IMG/VR virus record: IMGVR_UViG_3300028172_000069
Strand: one strand, 5' to 3'
DNA from: a virus
Lineage: Duplodnaviria; Caudoviricetes
Length of the DNA stretch: 64,000 nt
Made by a program: the position numbers and the translations under genes. Positions within the stretch are counted from its first letter, which is position 1; every line of letters starts with the position of its first letter. The notes under the pieces are model-generated. The model worked only from the letters and a program-made list of their open reading frames with translations, was not told the origin of the DNA and did not search any database. This document shows positions 1 through 10,144 of the stretch, piece after piece.

Positions 1-1776
1 GGTGCTATTGATGCTGCCCAGATCGGTAAAGGTGCAATCGACAGCGGCAAGGGCGCAGTCTCTGCTGTCCGTGCTGGCGAACAAGGTTTGGTGCGTGCTG
101 GCGTTGGTGCTACTGCTCGCGCCACAGGTAAAGCGTTGATCCCAGGTGCCAACATCGCCATCGGTGCCTACGACGCTTATGACGTAATCACAGACGACGA
201 GAAGACCCGTGCAGAAAAAGAACGTGCTCTATCGGGTGTTGGTGGTGGGATGGCAGGCGCGGCTGCAGGTGCTTCTGCTGGTGGCGCCGCTGGTACTGCG
301 ATTGGTGCTGGTATTGGTAGTCTGTTCTTTGGTGTCGGGGCTGCCCCAGGTGCCGTGATCGGTGGTGGTCTTGGTTTGCTTGGCGGTGCAGTTGGTGGTT
401 ACTTCGGTTACAACTACGGGCAAGAAGGCGGTGAAGCTGCCTACGATGCACTTGCTGGTAGCCCTGAAGAGCAAGCTGCCAAAGACGCTGCCAAGGAGAA
501 TCGCCCAGTAGCTGGTTCGACCAACCTGCTGATGATGGCGAACAACAAGGCAGCCTCTGGTGACACCAACGCAGCCGCAGCTGCCAAGCAGTTGACGATG
601 GTTGACCAGCTGGTGAAGTCGCAGACCTCGCTGATCGCTGCAACGACCAAAGAAGACGTGAAGAAGGCTACGGAGAAGACTGTCGATCAAGCAACCGCAG
701 AGGCGAAGAAGGAAGAGCCCAAGACAGAAACCAAGGCAGAGGACAAACCTGCTGCCGGCAAGCCTGTCGAGCTTCCTGCAAACGACACTCCGCAAACCGT
801 TGACTTGACTGCACAGCAATCTGCTGGCCCGATTGCGTCCGCCACTCCGCAGACACAAGCCGATGCCAACACGCTGACCGCTGCTGCAACGCCCACTGGT
901 TCGGGTACTGCTGCAACTGCTGGCGCTAATGCTCTGGCTGCTGGTCTTGGTGTACCTGCTGCATGGGGTGCTGAACTCAGTGGTTCGCTTGCTGGTGCGA
1001 TGGCTATGCAACAAGCTGCCGCAAATGGTACCGCGCCTCCTGTGTCTGCACCTGTGATGAACGCCGCTCCGCATCTGGCTTCGACTCGCCACCTAGGTGG
1101 GCCGAACAGTCCGGGCGCTGCTGTCACCAAGCCTGCATACGCACTTGCCCATGAAGCTCAAAAAGCAGTCGATGCGGCACTGTCGATCCCTACTGGCTTG
1201 GCATCTGGTGTTGCATCTGCGGCTAACGACGTAGCAGGCAAGCTGGCGAATCCGTTCGCAACTCTTGGCACTCCTGGCTTCAACCCTGGACTCTCGCTGC
1301 CTGGTAACCCGTTTGCCAATCTGGAGAAGCCAAACTTCGGTGCTATGGCTGCTAGTGCAACGAACCCGTTCAAGGCTTTCGAGTCGATGCAGAACCCGTC
1401 GTCGCCTACGTCGAGCAGCTTCTACAGTGCCAACGACGTTTCGCCAAGCGCGTCCGTAGTTGCGTCCCAGCAGGCAGCACCAAGCGCGTCGCTCACTTCG
1501 TCCGTGGCTTCGACCTCAACGGCGTCTCCAACTGTGAGTTCGGCAGCGAGCTATGCAGAGCCTGTTGAGCGCCAGCAGTATGAACCAGTGAAGACTGTCA
1601 TGGCGTTGGAGCCTAAGCAGCAAGACACAATGATGCCGCAGCGCTTCAAGCCTGAGGGTGATCGTATCCCATCCAAAGGTATCAGTGAGGGTAACAGTTC
1701 GCGTCAAACGCTGGACGACTGCCCTGCGGTAATTTCTGACAACGGGCTTGTAATGCTCCAGACGGGGTTCATCTAA
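1..1776 (+). CDS. Tail tape-measure-like protein, C-terminal part (5' truncated)
   Basis: Frame open from base 1; Gly/Ala-rich hydrophobic helices then a long Ala/Pro/Ser/Thr linker; directly upstream of tube-initiator, LysM and hub-like genes (myovirus synteny). Confidence 0.62.
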   Translation, partial: GAIDAAQIGKGAIDSGKGAVSAVRAGEQGLVRAGVGATARATGKALIPGANIAIGAYDAYDVITDDEKTRAEKERALSGVGGGMAGAAAGASAGGAAGTAIGAGIGSLFFGVGAAPGAVIGGGLGLLGGAVGGYFGYNYGQEGGEAAYDALAGSPEEQAAKDAAKENRPVAGSTNLLMMANNKAASGDTNAAAAAKQLTMVDQLVKSQTSLIAATTKEDVKKATEKTVDQATAEAKKEEPKTETKAEDKPAAGKPVELPANDTPQTVDLTAQQSAGPIASATPQTQADANTLTAAATPTGSGTAATAGANALAAGLGVPAAWGAELSGSLAGAMAMQQAAANGTAPPVSAPVMNAAPHLASTRHLGGPNSPGAAVTKPAYALAHEAQKAVDAALSIPTGLASGVASAANDVAGKLANPFATLGTPGFNPGLSLPGNPFANLEKPNFGAMAASATNPFKAFESMQNPSSPTSSSFYSANDVSPSASVVASQQAAPSASLTSSVASTSTASPTVSSAASYAEPVERQQYEPVKTVMALEPKQQDTMMPQRFKPEGDRIPSKGISEGNSSRQTLDDCPAVISDNGLVMLQTGFI

Positions 1777-2496
1777 ATGGCAAGCATCGGAAGTATGTAC
1801 GCACCTGCCGCACTGTTCGTCAACAACCCTGCTGGGCGAGCAGACGCGGTGAAACCAAACGTCCCGGATATCTACCGAGCCGAGCTGATCGTGAAGCGTG
1901 ACGGTGCAGAGTTTTTGCGCATCGACACGCCACTTCCCGAGAACTACATGCTCAGCCTTGCGACGTCCTGGGACAACCCGTTCAACCAACCGCTGTCCAA
2001 CTTCGCAACTGGCGCTGGCGGCGCACCGGGTAAAGCGCTCGACGTGGCGTCTACTGGTGTGACCGCAGCAACCGGCTTCACCACTCTGAACAAGTGGCTG
2101 TCGGGTGGAGTCTGGACTGGTGGCTCGATGATGAAGCTGGACATCCCCTTCGTCATTCAAGCCTACGAGAACCCAAAGCTCGAGGTCGTTACGCTCATGC
2201 GCGACCTCATGAAGCTGGTAGCGCCGAGTGAGTACATGGGGCAGTTCCTACGTGCCCCAGGTCCTTACATGAAAGCGCCGAACGCTGGCGGTGTAGCGGG
2301 TGATGAAATCACGGTGAACATCGGTAAGTTCTTCACCATGAGCCCGTGCATCATCGACAGCGTGACAGAGACGTTCGACACCCAGCTGGACCACAACGGT
2401 GACCCAATTGGTGTGACGATCAACGTGTCCGTCATCAGCTTCTTCACCACAACACAGGAAGACCTCGATCGGTTCTTTGCGCCGTCGCTGGGTTAA
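1777..2496 (+). CDS. Baseplate/tail tube initiator-like protein (T4 gp48/gp54-like)
   Basis: C-terminal PCIIDSVTETF..NGDPIGVTINVSV pattern typical of tube-fold initiators; abuts the TMP stop. Confidence 0.5.
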   Translation: MASIGSMYAPAALFVNNPAGRADAVKPNVPDIYRAELIVKRDGAEFLRIDTPLPENYMLSLATSWDNPFNQPLSNFATGAGGAPGKALDVASTGVTAATGFTTLNKWLSGGVWTGGSMMKLDIPFVIQAYENPKLEVVTLMRDLMKLVAPSEYMGQFLRAPGPYMKAPNAGGVAGDEITVNIGKFFTMSPCIIDSVTETFDTQLDHNGDPIGVTINVSVISFFTTTQEDLDRFFAPSLG

Positions 2497-2505
2497 GGAG
2501 ACAGC

Positions 2506-2841
2506 ATGGCCGATATCACCAAAGCCAAGACCTTCGCAGTGATCGACGAACTTGGGATCGACCCGTTGCGTGACAAGTCCTTTGACGCGATCATGGGCAT
2601 CACCAACTACAAGTTCCACGTCATCGCTCCTGAGGAGGAGCACAACATGCCACTCGTTGCCTACAATGAGTACATGAATGAGGAATACTGGAGAGTCCTC
2701 ATGATTTTCAATGGAATTGCCGATATGTTCGCGCTGAAGGCGGGCAACAGGATACGAATCCCAGCGCTCGCCCTCATTACCACCGCGCTGAACAACGTGC
2801 TAACCGAGCAGCCTTCGGGTTCTGCCACAGTGAGTATCTGA
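2506..2841 (+). CDS. Baseplate wedge/LysM-like protein (T4 gp53 / P2 gpX-like)
   Basis: PLVAYNEY..EEYWRVLMIFNGIAD.FALKAGNRIRIP motif; AAGGAG RBS; position between tube initiator and hub. Confidence 0.62.
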   Translation: MADITKAKTFAVIDELGIDPLRDKSFDAIMGITNYKFHVIAPEEEHNMPLVAYNEYMNEEYWRVLMIFNGIADMFALKAGNRIRIPALALITTALNNVLTEQPSGSATVSI

Positions 2842-2843
2842 CA

Positions 2844-5354
2844 ATGGAAGCAACGCTAGACGTCCAGAACATTGCGTATGCGACCCTCGACATTGAGGGT
2901 TCGCGTGTGCCACCCACGATGAACTTCGTGGACTCTATCATGCTGCAGGAGGGATTTGCAATTGCGATCCCTGTCCTGCAACTGATCCTTAACGACCAAC
3001 GTGGCACGCTCAGTGCGGACATGAACATTCAAGACGGGACACTGGTGACGATCAAACTCGCCAAGACCCGCGAGAACGTGAAGACCCGCAAGTTCCGTAT
3101 CTGGGGTTTCCGCAAGGAGACTACAGCAGCAGGACCCAAGCTGATCGTGACGTGCATCCTCGACGTTCCCAAGTGGAGCGCGGGTGTCTTCACTGAGTCG
3201 ATTCGTGGATCGTCTAGCTCTGTGATCCAACAGATGGCGAGTCGTGCTGGTCTCAAGTTCGATGGGCCTGCTGGCACTGACGACGTGCAGACGTGGCTCA
3301 ATGTCAACAAGACCCGCAGCGCTTTCTGCGAAGACGTGGCAATGCGCGGCTACGCCTCTGGCCAGTCGTGCATGTACCGCCTGCTCAACCTCGACGCCGA
3401 GGTGCGCTACAAGGACCTGTTCGACGTCCTGAAGAACGAACCCAAGTGGAGCTTCCTCCAGAACACGCCAGAGGGTAGTGCGAAAGCCACACCTGTTGTG
3501 ATTCGTGAGACGCAGGACGGCAGCTCCTCGGGCTTCGCCACTCACATGATGAACTACGGGCAGAAGCAATACGAGCACAGCCTGAACGTTGCTGGGCAGT
3601 TGTCCACGCTGACGCTCGACGCGCCTCTGTTCGGTGCTGCACTCCCAATCAACGAGGACGTGCGTGGGCAGATCGCTGATCGCGGAGCCAAGGTGAACTA
3701 CACTGGCTTCGATACTGGCACCGAGCCTGCGCCAGCGTCTAACCTCCACATGTTCTACGAGAAGGCGTTCTATCAAAACTTCCGTTACCTGGGCTTGCTC
3801 AGTGAGCGGATCAACTTGCTCTCGGATGAATACACTGAGGTCAAGACCTTCGACTGCTGCGAGTATCAGCACTCCGACCAGGACAACCACGAGTTCAAGC
3901 CCTCGAAAGCTCTCGGTGGTAAGTGGCTGATCGGTGGCAAGACCATGTGGATCAAAGCTGGTCACAAGTACAGCGAAATCTACTACCTGTACCGTCCCGC
4001 TGTCATGGAGACTGGTGCAAGCTCCGCCGCTGGCAGTCCGAAGTCAGGCAGCGAGCAGAACGCGAAGGCGAACAACGGTCCAATCGACATTGCAGCCGCA
4101 CAAGCCGATGCAGGTCCAACTGCACAGCAAGCAGCCGCAGTTGACTCGACCACAACAGTATCGAACACGGCAGCCAGCGCGACTAAAGCAGCGCCAGCCG
4201 CAACAGGTGCAACCAACACGCTGAACGCCTTGAAGTCCTACGGTGCGAGCAACCCACTCGTACCGAGCACGCCAATCGGGGCGAATGGGCTTACGACTCC
4301 GCAGCTAGCCCAACAGGATTCGCTGCGCAACGCCGTTTCCCAGTTCAAGTCGTCCTCGGGTCCGCTGCGCGATCAGCTTGTCACCACAGGTAGCGGTACA
4401 AGCGCACTGGGCTCGCTCACTGGCTACAAGGCTCTGGTCAAGTACCCAGCCGATATCATCAAGGTGTTGGCGAATGGGCAGACCGATCCTCGCTATATTG
4501 CCCGTGAGATTGACCGTGCACGGAACGATAGCTCGTACCTGAAGAACAGCGCCATCCAACGTCTGACTCGCGCAGGTTCAGACATTACTGGCGTGCGCTT
4601 GCACAACATCGTCTCCGCAGCTACTGGTAACCGCGTGAATACGCAGGGCATCATTGGTGACGTGGTAGGCGGTGGCTTCTGGGGCAAAGACTTGCGCGAA
4701 GCTGGCATCACGCCTAGCCAGATCAAGCTCCCGATCCCAGACGTGCTCAGCGAAATCAATGACGCAACTGGCAAGCTCGGTGGTACGTTCCTGCGCAACG
4801 CGACAGGCATCGGCCTGACCACTGACAACGTCCTGATCAACCCTTACCAGACTGCTCGCAACATCGAGAAGTGGAGTAAGGAAACCAACCCTGAACGCCT
4901 GCTGGTTGAACAAGGTGCACGCGCCTACATCAGCACGTTCGGACACGTCAGCCCGTCAGAGGCAGCTACCACCATGACTGATGTTGGTAAGCTGGCAGCT
5001 GAGGTTGCCCTGATGTACAGCCGCAACGAAGTAATCGCGGATGGTCATCTGACTGACAACCAACAACGCAGCCTGTTGAAAGACACCCTGTTTACCTTCG
5101 GCGATCCGACGATCGTACCAGTCGTTGACTCGGTTGATCGCATCGTCAAGTACGGGGAATACCACGACGTAACATCCAGCAAGCAATTCGTGACCTGGGC
5201 CGACTACTATTCGATGGGTGCCAAGCTTGGCAATGCTGTCGAGAAGTGGGACTTCCCGTTCACGTTCCCTGGAGAAACGATCACCGCGGGAGAGGTGACA
5301 AACGGCAACGCCACTACGTTCGATGAGGACACCAAGAGATGGATGACAAGCTAA
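2844..5354 (+). CDS. Baseplate hub-like protein (gp27/gpD-like N-terminal ~385 aa) with Ala/Ser/Thr linker and long C-terminal extension
   Basis: 836 aa; synteny after the LysM gene; beta-rich N-half, low-complexity linker, unassigned C-half. Confidence 0.5.
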   Translation: MEATLDVQNIAYATLDIEGSRVPPTMNFVDSIMLQEGFAIAIPVLQLILNDQRGTLSADMNIQDGTLVTIKLAKTRENVKTRKFRIWGFRKETTAAGPKLIVTCILDVPKWSAGVFTESIRGSSSSVIQQMASRAGLKFDGPAGTDDVQTWLNVNKTRSAFCEDVAMRGYASGQSCMYRLLNLDAEVRYKDLFDVLKNEPKWSFLQNTPEGSAKATPVVIRETQDGSSSGFATHMMNYGQKQYEHSLNVAGQLSTLTLDAPLFGAALPINEDVRGQIADRGAKVNYTGFDTGTEPAPASNLHMFYEKAFYQNFRYLGLLSERINLLSDEYTEVKTFDCCEYQHSDQDNHEFKPSKALGGKWLIGGKTMWIKAGHKYSEIYYLYRPAVMETGASSAAGSPKSGSEQNAKANNGPIDIAAAQADAGPTAQQAAAVDSTTTVSNTAASATKAAPAATGATNTLNALKSYGASNPLVPSTPIGANGLTTPQLAQQDSLRNAVSQFKSSSGPLRDQLVTTGSGTSALGSLTGYKALVKYPADIIKVLANGQTDPRYIAREIDRARNDSSYLKNSAIQRLTRAGSDITGVRLHNIVSAATGNRVNTQGIIGDVVGGGFWGKDLREAGITPSQIKLPIPDVLSEINDATGKLGGTFLRNATGIGLTTDNVLINPYQTARNIEKWSKETNPERLLVEQGARAYISTFGHVSPSEAATTMTDVGKLAAEVALMYSRNEVIADGHLTDNQQRSLLKDTLFTFGDPTIVPVVDSVDRIVKYGEYHDVTSSKQFVTWADYYSMGAKLGNAVEKWDFPFTFPGETITAGEVTNGNATTFDEDTKRWMTS

Positions 5355-5584
5355 CCCGCGAATACCTGTTGGGTCTCATCACCAAGACCTCGTTCCAGTA
5401 TCGTGGCACCACCACGATCTGCACGCTGGACATTGATGGTTTCCCTGTGGCAGGCGAGAGTCACTGCGTCTTCCGTGACCAGTACAACAAGCAAGTTGGG
5501 GAGAAGGTGAGCTACGAAAATGCGCTCAAGCAGCTACGGCGGTTTGAAGAATACGCCCAACGCAAAACTGTGAAAGCGGATTGA
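5339..5584 (+). CDS. N4 Gp49/Sf6 gp66 family protein (candidate nucleotide-signal sponge)
   Basis: TTTICTLDIDGFPVAGESHCV..QYNKQVGEKVSYENALKQL..FEEY matches the recalled Phage_gp49_66 pattern. Confidence 0.62.
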   Translation: MDDKLTREYLLGLITKTSFQYRGTTTICTLDIDGFPVAGESHCVFRDQYNKQVGEKVSYENALKQLRRFEEYAQRKTVKAD

Positions 5585-5604
5585 AGTAACAGGAAACTAC
5601 GAAC

Positions 5605-6027
5605 ATGGCCGACCTTAATATCAAGGCACGGAAAATAACGGTTGAACTACGAGTCGACCACCTCGTGCCAGAGGAAACAACGCACCTGCTTCTGTCTGCA
5701 ATCCGGAGTTGTGGTGATCGAGCCTCTTTAGGTTCGACCCACCTTCTGGTGACATTCAAGCACATCGAAATGACCAGCGTGATGTTTGAGCACCTGCTCA
5801 CCGTCTACGACAAGTATCCAGCGTTCCGCATGGAGAAAGCGCAGCATCGCAGGCAACTCGGCGTGTTGGGGATGTTGTGTGGTCGGAAAGTCGTTGAGAA
5901 CAATGACCTGGGTCACACCATCGTCTTTCAATACAAGGACATGGTGATGCCTGATGAAGGGTCCTGCCTTCCCGATCCCATGTACATCGTCCATCCGAAG
6001 TACGTGGGCCCTCAACAAGTAATCTAA
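5605..6027 (+). CDS. Hypothetical protein
   Basis: 140 aa ORF, AGGA RBS and CGAAC-ATG start. Confidence 0.7.
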   Translation: MADLNIKARKITVELRVDHLVPEETTHLLLSAIRSCGDRASLGSTHLLVTFKHIEMTSVMFEHLLTVYDKYPAFRMEKAQHRRQLGVLGMLCGRKVVENNDLGHTIVFQYKDMVMPDEGSCLPDPMYIVHPKYVGPQQVI

Positions 6028-6036
6028 GGAACACCC

Positions 6037-6819
6037 ATGAGCATCAAGAGCGACAAGTGGATTACTCGCATGTCGGCGCGTCCTACTCACGTTCTGGTTC
6101 AGCCTGATGGTACTCAGCAATACTTCCATCAGAAGCTGGACAAGGAAGAGCTGGACCTGCTGTACGACGCGATCCGTAATCCAATGCGCGACGGAGACAC
6201 TGTGCGTCCTGCGTACGGCGAGCTCCGCTTAGTTCAGCCAGACGACAAGATCGACTTCCTGCCCATGATTGAACCCTTCATCGCCAGTCAGGTGAAGCTC
6301 AAGCGTGGGCCGGATGTTGCAGGCTACGATGGTCCTGTACCTACGCATGACCAAGTCATCAGCTACGGTGTGTCGTCGTACGGGTATGACGTGCGCTGCG
6401 GTAACGAGTTCAAGGTCTTCACCAACATTAACAGCACGGTGATCGACCCGAAGAACTTCGACCCGAAGAACTACATCGACGTGGTTGGTGACAAGTGCAT
6501 CATCCCGCCGAATAGCTTCGCGCTGGCGCGTACGGTAGAGCGCTTCCGCATTCCACGGAACGTGCTCACCATCTGCTTGGGTAAGTCGACCTACGCACGT
6601 TGCGGCATCATCGTCAACGTCACCCCGCTTGAACCTGAGTGGGAAGGTGAAGTGACACTGGAGTTCTCGAACACCACCACGCTGCCAGCCATCATCTATG
6701 CGAACGAAGGTGTCGCGCAGATGTTGTTCCTGGAGTCTGACGAGGAGTGTGAAGTCTCCTACAAGGACCGTGGTGGTAAGTACCAGGGCCAGCTCGGCGT
6801 CACTCTCCCGAGGGCTTGA
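6037..6819 (+). CDS. dcd: dCTP deaminase with N-terminal insertions
   Basis: MSIKSDKWI start; [38 protein letters not shown] and [12 protein letters not shown] motifs of Pseudomonas Dcd. Confidence 0.95.
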   Translation: MSIKSDKWITRMSARPTHVLVQPDGTQQYFHQKLDKEELDLLYDAIRNPMRDGDTVRPAYGELRLVQPDDKIDFLPMIEPFIASQVKLKRGPDVAGYDGPVPTHDQVISYGVSSYGYDVRCGNEFKVFTNINSTVIDPKNFDPKNYIDVVGDKCIIPPNSFALARTVERFRIPRNVLTICLGKSTYARCGIIVNVTPLEPEWEGEVTLEFSNTTTLPAIIYANEGVAQMLFLESDEECEVSYKDRGGKYQGQLGVTLPRA

Positions 6820-6821
6820 CC

Positions 6822-7154
6822 ATGAAGTGGAGTCTGCTTGCATTAGTCATCATCACTGGCGTTCTCGCCGGTGCTGGTAAACATCAGCAGGCCCACGGGG
6901 AAGATCGCGTAGAGTCATTTCTACGCGAACCTCGTGACCTGAACGAAGTGACCGTAGGTACCATGCGCGAAGCTGGGCTTTTGGTCGGCATGTGCGTCGA
7001 TGGTTTTGCCTTCTGGATGAACGCCAATGGTTACATGGCACCTCAGCCGCATCCTAAAGCCTCGATAGCCACGCGACGCTGCACAGGTACTGGGCCCATT
7101 CGCGGCAACTGGATTGATCTGCGTGAACCCAACCACGCGAGGCTCGAAGAATGA
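6822..7154 (+). CDS. Hypothetical exported/membrane-anchored protein
   Basis: N-terminal hydrophobic signal-like segment MKWSLLALVIITGVLAG; two Cys. Confidence 0.6.
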   Translation: MKWSLLALVIITGVLAGAGKHQQAHGEDRVESFLREPRDLNEVTVGTMREAGLLVGMCVDGFAFWMNANGYMAPQPHPKASIATRRCTGTGPIRGNWIDLREPNHARLEE

Positions 7155-7450
7155 GTGAAGACGTGCTGGATGTGGAACGTGCATTTGCTGCATTGCGCTG
7201 TGTGGATAGGCAGTACCTGGAAATCTACTCCGACTACTGCAACATGATCGGGGTCGGTGCACCAGGTATCGAAGGTTACCCTATCTTCACCTCGGTCGCC
7301 GAGATTGCAAAACGCATTGAAGCGCGCAAGTCCCAGATCGACCACTACAAGGGTCTGATCGAAACTCTGCGCAACCAACCGGATACCCGCGAACGCGAGG
7401 CGTCTGCCAAGATCATGGCAATCGTCGACGAATTAGGGATCAAGCTATGA
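7151..7450 (+). CDS. Hypothetical protein
   Basis: 99 aa; ATGA overlaps on both sides. Confidence 0.7.
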   Translation: MSEDVLDVERAFAALRCVDRQYLEIYSDYCNMIGVGAPGIEGYPIFTSVAEIAKRIEARKSQIDHYKGLIETLRNQPDTREREASAKIMAIVDELGIKL

Positions 7451-8202
7451 GCAAACCAAGCTATATCATTGTCCGCGGCTGCTTCGATGAAGTCGAGCGC
7501 TTAGTCAACGCACGCATGGCGGAAGGCTACATTCCGACTGGCGGCCTGACTCATGGCGATACAGGCTACCTGAACTCTCGATGGTCGCAAGCCATGTACA
7601 AGCCGCATCCCGCTCCCGTAGTTAACGAGGAGCACAAAACGATTTTGAAAGAACCGGTTGTGGACCCGACGCCACAAGCGATGCTGCACCCTGCCCAGCG
7701 TCCCGACAACGTTAGCGAAAAAGTCACCACGCTGCGCGATCTGGAATACTATGCAGACCCTGACGGTAAGACGCTGCTCTTACTCGAAAGAGCCTATCGT
7801 ATCGCGGCAGGTACTGGCTACACGGGCGACGACTCGATCAACGATCACAAAGCCTTGGTGGAAATCCTCGTGGCTGTCGAGGATCGCACTCGCTACCTGA
7901 TCAATCGGGTGCGCGAATACAGCGGCAGGGCACCGCTGACTGTGACGGACTGCCAGAAGACCACGCATGCCGAGTTGATCGAACTGATTAGCCGCCGGGT
8001 CGCACAGAACGACAACCTCGTCAACGCAGCCATGGCCATTGACGCCTGTATGCGCTACCGCAAGTCGTCGAGTATGCAGCTCTCATTCGAGACACTGCAC
8101 GCGGTCCATAAGGCGCTTGCTGGCTATGAGACAGCGCAGTATCAGGACCCGCTGGTCGTTGAGTTCCTACAGCGCGTTAACGGCGGCAAGGAGGCTGAAT
8201 GA
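7447..8202 (+). CDS. Hypothetical protein with N-terminal DUF1737-like domain
   Basis: YIIVRG..DEVERLVNARMAEGYIPTGG resembles DUF1737. Confidence 0.55.
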   Translation: MSKPSYIIVRGCFDEVERLVNARMAEGYIPTGGLTHGDTGYLNSRWSQAMYKPHPAPVVNEEHKTILKEPVVDPTPQAMLHPAQRPDNVSEKVTTLRDLEYYADPDGKTLLLLERAYRIAAGTGYTGDDSINDHKALVEILVAVEDRTRYLINRVREYSGRAPLTVTDCQKTTHAELIELISRRVAQNDNLVNAAMAIDACMRYRKSSSMQLSFETLHAVHKALAGYETAQYQDPLVVEFLQRVNGGKEAE

Positions 8203-8465
8203 CAGTCACTCCGATTCGCCCAGGCGTCACCATTGTTGAGAAGCATCAGGTTGCCGCAAAGCACTTGATCGACGTTGCCTTGCAGCAAGCGGAAGCTCTG
8301 GAGAAGACGTTGCGGCTTATCAACGGTGCGTACAACGACCGTGAACTGAACCCGAACGAAGACAGCCCGTTCGATAGCCACTATCCCGATGAGGTGAACA
8401 ACTCCATCGGCCATGTGCGTGACGTTCAGGTCAATCTGCACAACTTCAAGGGGCGCGCACCATGA
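8199..8465 (+). CDS. Hypothetical protein
   Basis: 88 aa; AGGAGG RBS; ATGA overlap. Confidence 0.7.
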   Translation: MTVTPIRPGVTIVEKHQVAAKHLIDVALQQAEALEKTLRLINGAYNDRELNPNEDSPFDSHYPDEVNNSIGHVRDVQVNLHNFKGRAP

Positions 8466-8668
8466 GTGTCCAGCGAATCTCTGTTATCCTGATGCTGCTG
8501 ATTTCGGCCTTCGTGTCGCTACTCTCCGCAGACGTTGCGAGCACTGCATGGAACTCCGGTGGTTGGAAAGCTGCTGGCGCTGTGTTGCTGTTCATCGGCA
8601 TCTGCGCACTTTGGTACGGCACTGCCTGCATCATTGACCGCATGAATAACAAGCCCATCGGTGACTAA
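8462..8668 (+). CDS. Small two-TM membrane protein
   Basis: Two hydrophobic helices in 68 aa. Confidence 0.65.
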   Translation: MSVQRISVILMLLISAFVSLLSADVASTAWNSGGWKAAGAVLLFIGICALWYGTACIIDRMNNKPIGD

Positions 8669-8906
8669 CATGATCCGGAAACTGCTTTCACTCTTCGGCT
8701 ACACCATCGTGTATCGCTCTAACTGGGGTACGCACACCTATCGCTACGACGGTACAGACCGCGGAATGGGCAGACCGATTCATCGCGACATGGGCGTTGC
8801 ACCTCCATGGGCCACTCGCCACTTTGTGAGACTCGAAGATGATCCTACCGAACAACCCGCTGTACGCGATGGTGCAGGCGCTGATAACCAAGCACCAAAG
8901 TCTTGA
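8661..8906 (+). CDS. Hypothetical protein
   Basis: 81 aa in-operon ORF. Confidence 0.55.
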   Translation: MTNMIRKLLSLFGYTIVYRSNWGTHTYRYDGTDRGMGRPIHRDMGVAPPWATRHFVRLEDDPTEQPAVRDGAGADNQAPKS

Positions 8907-9138
8907 GCAAGAACGTGATACTCTGCTTTATGGTCCAAGTGGTTCACCAGGTCCTGCAGGCATGTGCGGTGCAGTAACTGTGCAGGCGCTGTATGCTCGT
9001 GCCAAGTCGCTACGCCAACGCATCGCCGACCTGCAAGTGGAGATCGAGGACCTCAAGCGTCCGCAACCTGAACTGGAGCGTGAAATCCGCGCCATCGCAC
9101 GCGAACTGGGAGTCGCAAATGAAACCCTCATTGAATGA
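8839..9138 (+). CDS. Hypothetical coiled-coil protein
   Basis: Heptad pattern; start uncertain (8839 or 8869). Confidence 0.55.
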   Translation: MILPNNPLYAMVQALITKHQSLEQERDTLLYGPSGSPGPAGMCGAVTVQALYARAKSLRQRIADLQVEIEDLKRPQPELEREIRAIARELGVANETLIE

Positions 9139-9445
9139 GAGCGGCGATAACAAGCTGACGGTCGAACAAGGCAACATCATCGTCAACGGAGTCTTCAAGA
9201 AGTACGTGGAGCTCCACTACAAAGTTCAGGCCATGCTTCCTGACGAGAAGCGCGAGCCTGCACGTGGTGCTTATCCACGTTGTCTCACCTTGCCCGAGTG
9301 TGCTCGCACTATCTCGTGGATCGAGGAGCACATGGTCAAGCTTCGCGAGCAAGAACGTGACCTGAAAGAAAACTCGGCAGCAGAAGTTCAAAAGGCAACG
9401 CAGCGCCTGCTGGACTATGCCGAGACCTACAACCTAGACTACTAA
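9119..9445 (+). CDS. Hypothetical protein
   Basis: Start moved to ATG 9119 (GGGAG RBS). Confidence 0.6.
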   Translation: MKPSLNESGDNKLTVEQGNIIVNGVFKKYVELHYKVQAMLPDEKREPARGAYPRCLTLPECARTISWIEEHMVKLREQERDLKENSAAEVQKATQRLLDYAETYNLDY

Positions 9446-9464
9446 CACGCACGGTAACTTCCCC

Positions 9465-10133
9465 ATGACTGACGCACGCAAAGTATCCAAAGGCCAACCA
9501 GCTCTGTCCACCGCAGACCTGAAGCACATCACCAAGGTCGATCTGAACAAGCGCCTGCAAACCGCAGAACGCCAGCTCGGCGAGAAAGCCGAAGCCCTGT
9601 CCGAGTTCCACTACGACGCTGAGCAGAGCAACGCGGCCGTCGAGCTCCTGCAAGAGCAGGGCATGAAGTACGATGGTCATCTGAGCGAGTGGTACACGCC
9701 GAAAGCCAAGGCAACTGCTACTGGCGTTCCGAAAGTGCCTGTGGAAGAAAATGAAGATTTCAGCACTCTGTTCATCCAACAGAACCAGAATCTCCAGGTG
9801 TATCGCGTCAACCTCGAATACACTCTGGACCTGAAGTCGAACTGCCCGGTGAACGCAGCCACCATGCAGACCGCGAAAGACCAGCGCCACTACGCTGAAA
9901 TCGCAGTAGTGTTGACTGACGGCGAGTTCGACACCGACCCGATCGCACCTGAAGTCCTGCCGTATGATTTGGTTGACGCCAACTCGCCGAGCAGCATTGA
10001 CCCAGCACTGGACATCTTGCTGGTCGGCCAGGCGGCAGTCGTCAAGTTCCAAGACCTGTCGTCCATCCCTGTCAAAATCCATCGTTGCGAGGTGACCAAG
10101 CAGGCCCTCGAACCGATCAAGTTCATCATCTAA
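9465..10133 (+). CDS. Hypothetical protein
   Basis: 222 aa with phage-like codon usage. Confidence 0.7.
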   Translation: MTDARKVSKGQPALSTADLKHITKVDLNKRLQTAERQLGEKAEALSEFHYDAEQSNAAVELLQEQGMKYDGHLSEWYTPKAKATATGVPKVPVEENEDFSTLFIQQNQNLQVYRVNLEYTLDLKSNCPVNAATMQTAKDQRHYAEIAVVLTDGEFDTDPIAPEVLPYDLVDANSPSSIDPALDILLVGQAAVVKFQDLSSIPVKIHRCEVTKQALEPIKFII

Positions 10134-10144
10134 CGAGGTACGCT

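Noticed and set aside
230-420. Gly-rich repeats as a collagen-like or glycine-zipper toxin
   Set aside because: No Gly-X-Y periodicity; the context fits the hydrophobic segment of a tape-measure protein
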